A stretch of 64,000 nt of DNA, from positions 15,178 to 79,177 of the forward strand of contig JABIEQ010000014.1 in NCBI GenBank assembly GCA_018651085.1, in the 5' to 3' direction. Made by a program: the position numbers and the translations under genes. The stretch's first letter is position 1, and each line of letters opens with the position of its first letter. The notes under the pieces were generated by a model that saw only the letters and a program-made list of their open reading frames with translations, had not been told where the DNA came from and did not search any database. Below, in pieces: positions 20,933 to 31,056 of this stretch. The DNA comes from Candidatus Magasanikiibacteriota bacterium (GTDB taxonomy: Bacteria; Patescibacteriota; Patescibacteriia; Magasanikbacterales; UBA922).

Positions 20933-22042
20933 ATGGCGACTACCAATAAAAAAGCAGATCACACCCTCCTTTTATGCTTTTGTGGTCTTTTATTATTTGG
21001 ACTAATCATCCTTGCGTCAGCAAGTGCACCATTTGCCTACACTAAATTTGGTGATAATTACTTTTTTATAAAAAGACAACTCCTTTTTGGGGTTCTTCCT
21101 GGAATGATGCTATTTTTTATATTAGCAAAAACAGACTATCGTGTACTTCAAAAAACAAGCCTGGCAATCTTTGGAGCAGTAATCGTTTCACTTATTTTAG
21201 TATTTGTTCCAGGAATAGGAAGTAACTTAAATACAGGAGCCAATAGTTGGTTAGTATTTGCTGGTAATTCTATTCAACCAGCAGAGTTTGCAAAAATAGG
21301 AGTTATCATATTTTTAGCGGCAGTGCTTGCAAAAAAAGGGGATGGGATCCGTTCGCTAAAAGAAGGGTTTCTTCCGGTATTAGCTATTGGGCTTATTCCT
21401 GTAGTACTTATTATCTTACAACCAGACATTGGAACCGTATCAATTCTTTTTGTAATTGTATTTGGAATGTTGTTTATTGGAAAAGCAAAAGGAACCCATC
21501 TTGCAGGGCTTGCTGTAGCAGGAATCATTGCCTTACTTATTCTTGTTGTAGTAGCACCATATAGAGCAAACAGACTCATTGCTTTTTTGCAGCCAGAACT
21601 AGATCCAAGTGGTATTGGGTATCATATCGATCAAGCGGAACTCGCCATTGGGTCAGGAGGTATATTAGGACTCGGGCTTGGGCATTCTATTCAAAAGTTT
21701 CAATATCTTCCAGAAGTTCATGCAGACAGTATCTTTGCTGTTCTTGCAGAAGAGATGGGCTTTATTTTTGCTATTGCTTTTATCATACTTTTATTGTTTA
21801 TTTATTATAGAGGACTATTTGTAGCAAAACATGCCCCAGACGAATTTGGGAGACTTGTCGGAGGAGGAATTATTATATGGTTTGCAGCACAATCATTTGT
21901 GAACATTGGCGCTATGGTAGGTATCATGCCGGTAACAGGAGTTCCATTACCATTTGTAAGCCATGGAGGGACATCTCTTATGATTGCAATGGGCGCAGTG
22001 GGTATCCTTATAAATATTAGTAAACAGCGTATAAACGCATAA
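20933..22042 (+). CDS. ftsW: SEDS-family peptidoglycan glycosyltransferase (FtsW/RodA)
   Basis: 10-TM protein with conserved SEDS segments (QPAEFAKIGVIIFLAA, QPDIGT, PFVSHGGTS). Confidence 0.85.
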   Translation: MATTNKKADHTLLLCFCGLLLFGLIILASASAPFAYTKFGDNYFFIKRQLLFGVLPGMMLFFILAKTDYRVLQKTSLAIFGAVIVSLILVFVPGIGSNLNTGANSWLVFAGNSIQPAEFAKIGVIIFLAAVLAKKGDGIRSLKEGFLPVLAIGLIPVVLIILQPDIGTVSILFVIVFGMLFIGKAKGTHLAGLAVAGIIALLILVVVAPYRANRLIAFLQPELDPSGIGYHIDQAELAIGSGGILGLGLGHSIQKFQYLPEVHADSIFAVLAEEMGFIFAIAFIILLLFIYYRGLFVAKHAPDEFGRLVGGGIIIWFAAQSFVNIGAMVGIMPVTGVPLPFVSHGGTSLMIAMGAVGILINISKQRINA

Positions 22043-22044
22043 AT

Positions 22045-23121
22045 ATGAAAGTTATTTTTTCTGGCGGGGGAACTTTAGGGCCAGTGACACCCTTACTTGC
22101 AATAAAAGACATTATAGAAACAACATATAAGGAGGCCTCATTTTTTTGGGTTGGAACAAGACATGGACCAGAAAAGATGCTGGTGGAGAAAAAAGGTATA
22201 CCATTTCAAACAATTAGTGCCGGAAAATTTAGACGGTACAAATCATTTCAAAATGTCCTTGCTCCATTTCGTCTAAGCTTTGGTTTTCTACAGTCTCTTA
22301 TAATTATGTGGAAAGAAAAACCAGACATGTGTATCTCTGTCGGAGGATTTGTATCAGTCCCACTTCACGCTGCTGCCTGGCTGTTTGGGGTAAAAACATG
22401 GATTCATCAACAAGATGTACAAGTGGGCCTATCAAATAAACTCATGGCGCCAATAGCAACGATAATAACAATTGCCCTAAAGGCACATACCGCAAGTTTT
22501 CCTAAAAGAAAAACAACATGGATTGGGAACCCTATAAGACAAGACATTCTCACAGGGGACAAGGAAAAAGCAAGAACATTATTTCACTTAAAAAAAGAGA
22601 TTCCCGTAGTGTTTGTCACTGGTGGAGGAACAGGATCCCAACGAGTAAATCAACTTGTCGTTGAAGCAGTGGGGGATTTAGAAGGAATTTGTCAGGTTAT
22701 TCACTTATCTGGAAAAAACAGACCACAAGAGTTAGTCAATAATGCAGAAAGACATTTTGATTATTATCAAGTGCACCAGTTTTTTACGAATGAAATGAAA
22801 GAAGCCTACGCCATTGCAGACATTGTTATTTCTCGAGGAGGATTTGGTACCATTGCAGAAGTTGCAGCTCTTAAAAAACCAACTATTCTTATACCAAAGC
22901 CAGGGCATCAAGAAGAAAATGTCCAGTTTCTAGCAGATCAAGACGCGGTTATCCTTATGAACGAAACAACATCAGATGGGCATGGATTAGCAAAAGTAAT
23001 AAAGGAACTATTAGCACATAAAAAAGAAACAAAAGAGATGGGAGAAAGATTCTCCAAAGTGTTACCACAAGCAAAAGAAAAAGAAATTATACATGTAATA
23101 AAAGAGTTATATGGAACATAG
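22045..23121 (+). CDS. murG: undecaprenyldiphospho-muramoylpentapeptide beta-N-acetylglucosaminyltransferase
   Basis: N-terminal GGGTLGPVTP loop and C-terminal VFVTGGGTGSQ, GT28 family, adjacent to ftsW. Confidence 0.85.
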   Translation: MKVIFSGGGTLGPVTPLLAIKDIIETTYKEASFFWVGTRHGPEKMLVEKKGIPFQTISAGKFRRYKSFQNVLAPFRLSFGFLQSLIIMWKEKPDMCISVGGFVSVPLHAAAWLFGVKTWIHQQDVQVGLSNKLMAPIATIITIALKAHTASFPKRKTTWIGNPIRQDILTGDKEKARTLFHLKKEIPVVFVTGGGTGSQRVNQLVVEAVGDLEGICQVIHLSGKNRPQELVNNAERHFDYYQVHQFFTNEMKEAYAIADIVISRGGFGTIAEVAALKKPTILIPKPGHQEENVQFLADQDAVILMNETTSDGHGLAKVIKELLAHKKETKEMGERFSKVLPQAKEKEIIHVIKELYGT

Positions 23122-23902
23122 AAAACATAGAGAAAAAGAGGGCCAAATATATGAACAATTAAAAGAAAATGCCTCATTTAAACGAGTTGCTCGTAGTTTT
23201 GAAATATACCAAAAAGCATTACAAGAAGAAGGTGCTGACATAGAAGCACTAAAAAATCGGATGCATGAAGTATATCAGGCAAAGATAAGTACAGATACAA
23301 TAAAAGAAAAAGGAAAGACAAGAGCATTGGAATACACTGAGTCAAATATTCCATTTTTTACGTACGCACTTACACAAGCAGAACAAGGAACTTTCACAAT
23401 GGAGGAATTTACAAAAGAAAGTATTCGTATGGGGGTAGCAGAAACTCTGTTAGAAAATTGGGCACCCAAAATTGGAAAAGGGGAGGGTGGAGAAATACAT
23501 ATAAATGAACTAATGTACTATACAGAAGAAAAAGACGGCAAAGTGTCAGTGCATATAAATCCAAGTGGGGTGAAAAGTGAAAACCTCATCCCTAAAGTGT
23601 TAGAAGGATTTCAAATGATCGCAAAATCTATAAAAGAAGGAACTCTTACATCAGACACCGTATCAATGACTTCTTGGCTTTTAAACAAGGGATTTGAACC
23701 TACAGTCAAAATGCTATTTCCAAAGGCCAATCTTCATTTTGAAGAACTACCTGACGAAGAGAGAGGAGTTGCTAACATACAAAACTTAGCACTTACCTTT
23801 AATGGAAGATCTCTTAATGAATTTTTAAAAACAGGACAACGTCCACCAGTACGAAGACTTACCCTCTCAGCAGATGAATTTGTAGGGGCATTAGCAGCAT
23901 AA
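23111..23902 (+). CDS. hypothetical protein
   Basis: A 263-aa ORF. No motif recognised. Confidence 0.4.
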   Translation: MEHRKHREKEGQIYEQLKENASFKRVARSFEIYQKALQEEGADIEALKNRMHEVYQAKISTDTIKEKGKTRALEYTESNIPFFTYALTQAEQGTFTMEEFTKESIRMGVAETLLENWAPKIGKGEGGEIHINELMYYTEEKDGKVSVHINPSGVKSENLIPKVLEGFQMIAKSIKEGTLTSDTVSMTSWLLNKGFEPTVKMLFPKANLHFEELPDEERGVANIQNLALTFNGRSLNEFLKTGQRPPVRRLTLSADEFVGALAA

Positions 23903-23999
23903 AATACGCTTAATGTAGTCAATATTTAGCAAACTAGACATATACCCCTTGACAAACATAGTTAAGTGTGCTATATTCTTATATCGATGAATGAAGCAG

Positions 24000-24690
24000 C
24001 TGTGTGATTACCTTTTGGTGCTTGTATAAAGAAGCCTCAAAAGGTAGTCGCACGTATGCGGTTGCCTCTCGGTGTGGGAGCTGGTCCTAATAAAACCCCA
24101 AAGAGGGTATCGACCTGACCTATCCTTCCCCGGGATTATGCTAATAGTTAAGGTGAGAGATGAATCTCTCTTTCCACAGTCTCGACTCCTCGCCAAGGAG
24201 TTCGTTGCTGAAAAAGGCTTTTTCTACATTGTGCTCGCGAGCACTCTAAGTAGGGATTGCACGTAATCCAGAATCCACTACTGGCTTCATGCCCGTTGAT
24301 CTTCCCGATCCTGGGAAAGAGAGTGGACTGGGACCTATCAGTTGTTTTTAGGTCAGTGCCTGGCACTGAACAACTGATTTGTACTCTGAAAAGGCGTCGA
24401 GGGAGAGCCGATCTCTCGAACCAATAGCCAGTGAGTATAGTCGAAGAGATAAGGACTTGGCAGTCCGATGCTCCGTTGGCCCGTGGCTCTTGTTCTTTGT
24501 TATCCTGGCGGTATTTGACCTACTGCTGGAAGGTACTATTACTGTGGAGCGTTTGCTCTCGAGCGTCGTGGGGTTTCAATACCCTCCGAAACTCTCGAGG
24601 TTGTAACGTGGTCAACGGCGGTGGGGGAAGCGCAAGCTTTCTCCGCCGTCTCCGCTCATCTCTTTTGTATATCTCAAAGTGAGGTACATA
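24000..24690. ncRNA. large G+C-rich non-coding region, candidate structured RNA of unknown class
   Basis: About 690 nt with stop codons in all six frames (longest ORFs under 85 aa, mutually overlapping). It is strongly G+C-rich compared with its surroundings and dense in palindromes and hairpins (e.g. 24331-24371, two CTCGAG copies bracketing a T-arm-like GGGGTTTCAATACCCTCC). It is bounded by a perfect palindromic terminator at 24701-24728. No RNase P, tmRNA, group I or group II signature motifs were found on either strand. Confidence 0.45.
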
Positions 24691-24700
24691 AAAGAAAGTA

Positions 24701-24728
24701 AAAAAACATGAATATATTCATGTTTTTT
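24701..24728. terminator. perfect palindromic bidirectional terminator (aaaaaacatgaatat/atattcatgtttttt)
   Basis: A 14-bp perfect inverted repeat flanked by an A-run and a T-run. It lies downstream of tRNA-Lys (minus) and of the GC-rich RNA region. Confidence 0.7.
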
Positions 24729-24792
24729 TGTTTTTAATATTATAATCATTTCAAAAGAAAAACACATCAAATATCTTGATGTGTTTTTTCAG

Positions 24793-24865
24793 TGACCCCG
24801 CTGGGGCTCGAACCCAGGACCATTAGCTTAAAAGGCTACTGCTCTACCAGCTGAGCTACAGGGTC
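24793..24865 (-). tRNA. tRNA-Lys (anticodon UUU)
   Basis: The reverse complement folds as acceptor GACCCTG/CGGGGTC, D-arm TAGCTCAGCTGGTAGAGCA, anticodon loop CTTTTAA, T-arm CTGGGTTCGAGCCCCAG. No CCA is encoded. Confidence 0.85.
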
Positions 24866-24927
24866 ACGTCGTATTAATAAAATAGACAGTATCATGATAT
24901 ACTATTTAAAAAAAGAAGTCAATCTAT

Positions 24928-27576
24928 ATGCAAAGATACCGTCAATCAATAGACACCATTTATCGAGAACTCCATAGCTCAAAGCATGGACTCTCCTCAG
25001 TTGATGCAAAAGAAAAAAAACAAACCTACGGAGAAAATACGCTCAAAACAAAAGGACAAACACAAGGAGCATTATATATATTTTTTCTTCAATGGAAAAG
25101 CCCTCTCATTATTCTTTTAGTATTTGCTGGAGTAGTAAGCGGATCATTAGGGGAATACATTGATAGCGCTGTTATTTTAATAACGGCTTTTTTAAATGTA
25201 TGTATTGGTTTTTTTCAGGAATACAAAGCAAATAAAGCCCTTAAGAATTTAAAAAAACTTGTAAGCTATAAAGCTGTGGTGCTTAGAGATGGGAAAAGAA
25301 CCATTATAGAAAGCCAAGATATTGTACCTGGAGACATTTTATTTCTTGAAGCAGGAAATCATATCCAAGCTGATGGGAGAATCATTAAAGCAAAGGAACT
25401 ATTTATAAAAGAATCAGTGTTAACAGGAGAAGCCGAAGATCAAAAGAAAGAAGTGACAAGTATAGATAAAGAAGTTGCCATAGGGGATAGGACAAATATG
25501 GTGTATCGCGGAACCATAGTGACAAATGGGGTTGGGATGATAATCGTAACCGCAACAGGAAAAGATACAGAAATTGGACACATTGCATCTCTTGTAAGTG
25601 AAACAAAAGAAGAGCCAACGCCACTTCAAATGCAATTAAAAAAACTTGCAAGAAACATTACGATTGTCGTTGTATTTATTGCTATTGGTATTGTGCTTAT
25701 CAGTGTACTGTTACAAAACAACGAAGAGGGGCTTCTTCTTGCCTTTGAAACAGCTGTAGCAGTTGCTGTCGCTGCAATTCCAGAAGGACTTGTTATTTCT
25801 CTTACCGTTATTCTTGCTATAGGCATGCAATTTATTTTAAAAAGAAATGCCTTAGTAAGAAAATTAGTAGCAGCAGAGACCCTAGGATCAGTCAGTGTCA
25901 TTTGTACAGACAAAACAGGGACACTCACAAAAGGAAGCATGCAGGTTGTTGAAATTACCACGATCACACAAACGTATAAAGAAAATGAATTCAAAGGGGT
26001 ACAAGATAATGCAGCCTTATATACTGCCCTTAAAATAGGGCTTCTTTGTAATAATGCCGTGTTAGAAAAAGATGGAAAAGGTATAGGAGACACGACAGAG
26101 GTAGCATTACTTCAAGCAGTAGAAGAAGCGGCATTAGAAAAAGAACAAATAGAATGGAAAGAAAAACGTATTGATGAAATTCCATTTGATAGTAAAAGAA
26201 AATACATGGCAACGCTTCATAAGACAGAAAAAGGTGAAGCAATCTATGTAAAAGGAGCCTTAGAAAAACTTATTCCACACATCACTTATATTAAAGGGGC
26301 AACGAAAAAACGCATTACAAAAAAACAAATACAACATATTATTGATCAAGAGAAAGAATATGCACAAAAAGGGTTACGTCTTCTTGCCTTAGCATACAAA
26401 GAAGACAAGCATGGCTGGGGAAACATTCAAGAAGAACACATAGAAGGGCTTACCTTTGCAGGACTCGTTGTCATAAAAGATCCACTGAGAAAAGATGTAA
26501 AAGAAACATTGAAAGTTGCAAAAAAAGCAGGAATACGAGTGATGATGATTACGGGGGATCACGCAAAGACAGCAAAAGCTATTGGGGAAGAACTTGGACT
26601 TATTACAAGAGATGGACAAGTTCTTGAAGGTGTCGACATAGAAAACATGAGTGATGATGAGCTTAAACAGAGTATTACAACAATAAATATCTTTGCACGA
26701 GTTGACCCTAAGCATAAACTACGTATCGTACGAGCCCTTCAGGCACACGACCACGTCGTTGCTATGACTGGAGACGGCGTAAATGACGCTCCAGCAATTA
26801 AAGCTGCTGATATTGGGATTGCTGTCGGATCTGGGACAGATGTTGCTAAAAGCACCGCAGACATGGTTATTCTTGACGATAAATTTCCAACCATTGTTGC
26901 TGCAGTAGAAGAAGGTCGAGGCATTTATGAAAATATTAAAAAAGTAGTGACGTATTTACTTGCAGGAAGTTTTTCTGAAGTTGTTCTTGTTGTAGGAAGT
27001 ATTGTTGCAGGACTTCCTGTTGCAGCACTCCCAGCACAGATTCTTTGGGTAAATATCATTGAGGATGCTTTTCCAACCATGGCACTTGCCTTTGAGAAAA
27101 AAGAAAAAGGGTTAATGAATGAACCACCAAGAAAAAGAAATGCTCCAATCATGGGCAAAGAAGTGCGTACCATGATTATAATGAAAAGCATTATTGGAAA
27201 TATCATCCTCTTTGCAATCTTTGTATACTTTTATAAGACAACAGGAGACATACACCTTACAAGAACGATTGTCTTTGTAGGTTTCGCAATAGATGCACTC
27301 TTTTTCATCTTCTCTGTACGGAGTTTACGTCACATGATCTGGCAAATTCCAATGAATAACTTTTATCTTATTGGTGCTGTAGTATTTGGGTGGGTTATGC
27401 TCCTTTTAGCCGTCTATTGGCCACCATTACAGATCCTCTTGAGAACTGTCCCACTTGCATGGTATCATTGGGTAGTTATGATTATGTTTGGAATAACAGA
27501 CATTATCCTTATAGAAGGGATAAAATGGGCTTTTTTAGTACGAAGACAAAAAAAATATAATTACGCTAGAAAGTAA
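24928..27576 (+). CDS. P-type cation-transporting ATPase (P2-type, Ca/Mg-like)
   Basis: DKTGTLT phosphorylation motif, MITGDH, TGDGVNDAPA hinge, 882 aa with 10 TM helices. Confidence 0.9.
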   Translation: MQRYRQSIDTIYRELHSSKHGLSSVDAKEKKQTYGENTLKTKGQTQGALYIFFLQWKSPLIILLVFAGVVSGSLGEYIDSAVILITAFLNVCIGFFQEYKANKALKNLKKLVSYKAVVLRDGKRTIIESQDIVPGDILFLEAGNHIQADGRIIKAKELFIKESVLTGEAEDQKKEVTSIDKEVAIGDRTNMVYRGTIVTNGVGMIIVTATGKDTEIGHIASLVSETKEEPTPLQMQLKKLARNITIVVVFIAIGIVLISVLLQNNEEGLLLAFETAVAVAVAAIPEGLVISLTVILAIGMQFILKRNALVRKLVAAETLGSVSVICTDKTGTLTKGSMQVVEITTITQTYKENEFKGVQDNAALYTALKIGLLCNNAVLEKDGKGIGDTTEVALLQAVEEAALEKEQIEWKEKRIDEIPFDSKRKYMATLHKTEKGEAIYVKGALEKLIPHITYIKGATKKRITKKQIQHIIDQEKEYAQKGLRLLALAYKEDKHGWGNIQEEHIEGLTFAGLVVIKDPLRKDVKETLKVAKKAGIRVMMITGDHAKTAKAIGEELGLITRDGQVLEGVDIENMSDDELKQSITTINIFARVDPKHKLRIVRALQAHDHVVAMTGDGVNDAPAIKAADIGIAVGSGTDVAKSTADMVILDDKFPTIVAAVEEGRGIYENIKKVVTYLLAGSFSEVVLVVGSIVAGLPVAALPAQILWVNIIEDAFPTMALAFEKKEKGLMNEPPRKRNAPIMGKEVRTMIIMKSIIGNIILFAIFVYFYKTTGDIHLTRTIVFVGFAIDALFFIFSVRSLRHMIWQIPMNNFYLIGAVVFGWVMLLLAVYWPPLQILLRTVPLAWYHWVVMIMFGITDIILIEGIKWAFLVRRQKKYNYARK

Positions 27577-27587
27577 ACAAAAGACCT

Positions 27588-28160
27588 ATGTTACAAAAAA
27601 CCTATCTCACAAAGCTTAAAAAGGAAATGCTCGGATACGCAGAAAAAAGAAGAGCTATTATCAAGACATCAGACGATGGCTTATATTTATCAAAACGATC
27701 AATTTTTGCAATGCATAGAGGAAACATGAAAGAAGCAAAACAAAAAATCGACGAAGCAGAAAAAAAATTAAAAGCGGTTGCACTAAAATACAAAAAAGGA
27801 TCCGGAGCAAAAAAAGAAGGATCATATAAAGCAGCGCTTGAAGAATATGTTGAAGCAAAGCTCTTATATCAATTTATCTCTAAAGGAAAGATAGGACAAA
27901 TTAAAGAGATAAATGTACCTACAAGTATCTATATTGCTGGGCTATGTGATGTTCCAGGGGAACTGTATCGCTATGCAATAAAAGCAGCAACAAACAATGA
28001 TATAAAGACTGTTCATGCATGTTCTGAAATGGCACAAGAAATCATTGGAGAACTTATTGAATTTAACCTCACAAGTTATTTACGAAATAAATTTGATCAA
28101 GCAAAAGGAGCTGTTCGAAAAATCGAGCATGTTGTATATGAAGTGAGCTTAAGAAAATGA
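27588..28160 (+). CDS. hypothetical helical protein
   Basis: 190 aa, lysine-rich and helical. Family not recognised. Confidence 0.35.
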   Translation: MLQKTYLTKLKKEMLGYAEKRRAIIKTSDDGLYLSKRSIFAMHRGNMKEAKQKIDEAEKKLKAVALKYKKGSGAKKEGSYKAALEEYVEAKLLYQFISKGKIGQIKEINVPTSIYIAGLCDVPGELYRYAIKAATNNDIKTVHACSEMAQEIIGELIEFNLTSYLRNKFDQAKGAVRKIEHVVYEVSLRK

Positions 28161-29530
28161 TAGAAAGATATACTATGATCAACATTAAAGGCATACTTAA
28201 AAAAGTACTTCCTAAACGCCTATACTGCCTTCGACACAAATACATTGAATGGAAAAGCGCAAAACACTATAGGTTCCCCTCAGAGGAACTTATTGTTATT
28301 GGTATTACTGGAACAAGTGGAAAATCAACAACCACGATGCTTTTACGAAAACTTTTAGAAAAAGCTGGCCACACAGTTGCCTCACTTTCAACTATTGATT
28401 TTTATATTGCAGGGGACAATCAATTAAATGATCAAAAAATGACCATGCTCGGGAGAGGGCAAAGTCAGAAATTTTTACGTAAAGCAATAAAAAAAGAATG
28501 TACCATAGCCATTATTGAGAGCACTTCAGAGGGAGTATTACAATATCGCCATCAATACATTAACTACGACATGATGGTATTAACAAATCTCTATGCAGAA
28601 CATATTGATTCGCATGGCAGTTTTGAAAACTACAAAAAAGCAAAACAGGTATTATTTTCTCACCTTGCAAAAGGAAAAAGAAAAAATATAAAAGGAATCA
28701 ATATACCAAAAACTATTATTGTAAACGGAGAAGTAAAAGAAGCAGATGAATTTCTAGATGTAGGAGGAGATCAGATAGGTGTATTTGCAAGAAACGATAA
28801 AGAGCTTCATATAGAAAAAAGTAGATTAGATCAAGCCAAACACCTCATTCTAGGAAGAGATGTCATTGCAAATAAGGAAGGATTACATTTTTTTGTTGAT
28901 AAAAAAGAATTTCATGCGCCAATGTATGGGGAGCATAACGTTATGAATATTTTAACAGCAATGACTATAGCAAGATCTTTAGATATCTCCTGGGAAGACA
29001 TTGAAAAGACCGTAAAAGCCTATACGAATGTTCCAGGAAGGATGGAACAAATACAAGAAGCAGATCAACATGGATTTAAAGTCATTGTGGATTATGCCTT
29101 TGAACCTGTTGCCATGGCCAAATTATATGACATATTACCACTATTTACCCCAAAGCAAATTATCCACGTATTAGGAGCGACTGGAGGAGGCAGAGACATT
29201 GAACGCCGGTTTACTGTAGGAAAGTTTGTAGGTGAAAAAGCAGATATTGTTATCGTAACAGACGAAGATCCATATGATGATGATCCACGGGAAATTATGG
29301 ACGATGTTGCAAGTGCGGTAAGAAAAACAGGGAAAAAAGACAATGAAACACTCTATATTATAGAAAAAAGAGATGAGGCTATAGTAAAGGCTATAACCTT
29401 AGCAAAAGAAGGAGACCTTGTTGTTATCACAGGAAAAGGAAGCGAACAAGCAATGGTAGTAAAAGGGGAGCTTATTCCATGGGACGACAGATCAATTGCA
29501 AGAAAAGCAATTAAAAAGACGTATACATAG
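28157..29530 (+). CDS. Mur ligase family protein (MurE/MurF/MurT-like)
   Basis: ATP-binding GITGTSGKSTTT about 50 residues from a short N-terminus, and a C-terminal Mur ligase domain (TGKGSEQAM). The exact specificity cannot be assigned. Confidence 0.65.
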   Translation: MIERYTMINIKGILKKVLPKRLYCLRHKYIEWKSAKHYRFPSEELIVIGITGTSGKSTTTMLLRKLLEKAGHTVASLSTIDFYIAGDNQLNDQKMTMLGRGQSQKFLRKAIKKECTIAIIESTSEGVLQYRHQYINYDMMVLTNLYAEHIDSHGSFENYKKAKQVLFSHLAKGKRKNIKGINIPKTIIVNGEVKEADEFLDVGGDQIGVFARNDKELHIEKSRLDQAKHLILGRDVIANKEGLHFFVDKKEFHAPMYGEHNVMNILTAMTIARSLDISWEDIEKTVKAYTNVPGRMEQIQEADQHGFKVIVDYAFEPVAMAKLYDILPLFTPKQIIHVLGATGGGRDIERRFTVGKFVGEKADIVIVTDEDPYDDDPREIMDDVASAVRKTGKKDNETLYIIEKRDEAIVKAITLAKEGDLVVITGKGSEQAMVVKGELIPWDDRSIARKAIKKTYT

Positions 29531-29576
29531 TAGATAGGGGAAGCAAAACAAAGTAAAAAGTGGTATACTCTAATGC

Positions 29577-29972
29577 ATGAAAAGAGAACAAAAACAGCAC
29601 AGCATTAAGCGGTTTTTTAGCTCACCGCTATTTGTTATTTGTACAAGTATCCTTGCCTGTATTTTTATTTTTTCATACATCAGATCATACAAAAAAGAAT
29701 ATGATATAAAAAAAGAAATCAAAGAACTCGAATATGAAGTACAAAGCTTAGAGCATAAAAAAATAGAATCACTAGAAATACTTGAATATGTACTAAGCGA
29801 AGATTTTGTTGAAGAAAAAGCACGCACAGAGTTACAATTAAAAAAACCAGGGGAACAAGTCGTTCGAATTTTGAACCCTAAAGAAGATACCAATATTGAA
29901 GGAGATAGCCTAGAAAAAACATTCCCCTTGAATAATCCTGTCCATTGGTGGTATTATTTCACCCACAAATAA
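29577..29972 (+). CDS. cell division protein FtsB/DivIC-like (septum formation initiator)
   Basis: A single TM helix followed by a coiled-coil EIKELEYEVQSLEHKK, about 130 aa. Confidence 0.5.
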   Translation: MKREQKQHSIKRFFSSPLFVICTSILACIFIFSYIRSYKKEYDIKKEIKELEYEVQSLEHKKIESLEILEYVLSEDFVEEKARTELQLKKPGEQVVRILNPKEDTNIEGDSLEKTFPLNNPVHWWYYFTHK

Positions 29973-29985
29973 ATAATATATTTTT

Positions 29986-30996
29986 ATGGAAGAACAAAAA
30001 AAGGAATCAAAAAAAACAGCTAAACAACCAAATCTAGGAACATTATTTTTACTTGGGATTGTTGGAGCGTTGCTTATAGCAATCATCATTGCTGTAGGTA
30101 TTGTTTCAACCCAAACAAAAAATCATTCAAGAAATGGGGCTGTCCTTTTAGGGGCAAGCATTTTTAATACACCTGCATTAAAAATAGACGGAAATAAAGT
30201 AACCTATACAGATTACATTAAAGATCTTGAAGCACTAGAGCTATTTTACAGCCAAAACCCAGAAGAGCTTGCTGCTCTTGGAATTACAGTAGATGATATC
30301 CCAGGACAAATACTTGTTCGACTTGCTGCAAATACTATTTTTGAACAAGAAGCAAAGGATTTAAACATCCAAATAGAAAATGCAGAAATTGATGTTGAAT
30401 TACAAAAACTTATTGAATCATTTCCAAGTGAAGACCCAACAACAAAAAGAGCTGGACTAGAAAAAGACATGCAAGACTTATACGGATGGGACTTAGAAAC
30501 CTTTAAAGAAAGAATCTTGTATTATCTTGTTCTTGAAAGAAAATTAGCCGAAGCAATTGAAAGCGGAGAGGTAATAGAAGGAGAAGGAATAGAAGAAAGA
30601 GAAGGAAAACATATTCTTTTTAGAATTCAAGAAGGTGACGACAAGGCAACAATTAAACAAACCGCACAAGAATCCTTAAATCGAATTCAAAGTGGAGAAG
30701 AATTAAGTCTTGTCGGAGAAGAGGTCAAAACAGAAGAAGGTACGGTTCTTTTTGAAGAGCTTGGATGGTTTCCAAGAGATGTTATGGTACCAGCTTTTGA
30801 AGAGGCTGCCTTTAACACAGAGCCAGGAACCGTACACAGTGAGTTAGTAGAAACAGAATTCGGATTCCATATTATACAAATTCTCAATAAAAATACCCGA
30901 GCAGACTTCTTAACATTCATGGATCAAGTATGGAAAAATGCTGATATTGATCTTAAAATAGAAATAAAAAATAATCCTTTTGAAGGATTACAATAA
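29986..30996 (+). CDS. membrane-anchored parvulin-type peptidyl-prolyl cis-trans isomerase (PrsA/SurA-like)
   Basis: N-terminal TM helix and a C-terminal PpiC domain (HILFRIQEGD...GWFPRDVMVPAFEEAAF...FGFHIIQI). Confidence 0.75.
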   Translation: MEEQKKESKKTAKQPNLGTLFLLGIVGALLIAIIIAVGIVSTQTKNHSRNGAVLLGASIFNTPALKIDGNKVTYTDYIKDLEALELFYSQNPEELAALGITVDDIPGQILVRLAANTIFEQEAKDLNIQIENAEIDVELQKLIESFPSEDPTTKRAGLEKDMQDLYGWDLETFKERILYYLVLERKLAEAIESGEVIEGEGIEEREGKHILFRIQEGDDKATIKQTAQESLNRIQSGEELSLVGEEVKTEEGTVLFEELGWFPRDVMVPAFEEAAFNTEPGTVHSELVETEFGFHIIQILNKNTRADFLTFMDQVWKNADIDLKIEIKNNPFEGLQ

Positions 30997-31010
30997 GATC
31001 GAGGTGTACA

Positions 31011-31038
31011 GTGATCCGCTCCTCCTAGGGCGGACCAC
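31011..31038. repeat. GC-rich hairpin with GGAGGA-containing loop, copy 1 (gtgatccgc-tcctcctagg-gcggaccac)
   Basis: Imperfect 9-bp stem in the 60-nt gap between convergent ppiC and the GC-rich gene 31057..31887. Its sequence is related to the hairpin at 32095-32120. Confidence 0.5.
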
Positions 31039-31056
31039 TGAACCTCACGTACAGTA

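Noticed and set aside
24000-24690. Specific identity of the GC-rich RNA as RNase P RNA or tmRNA
   Set aside because: GGCAGTCCGATGCTCC at about 24465 superficially resembles the RNase P P4 core, but no complementary P4 3' strand, GGUAAGAG or ACAGAA-CCGGCUUA elements exist on either strand. There is no GGGG...UUCGAC 5' or ...CCA 3' tmRNA-like end. The class is left open.
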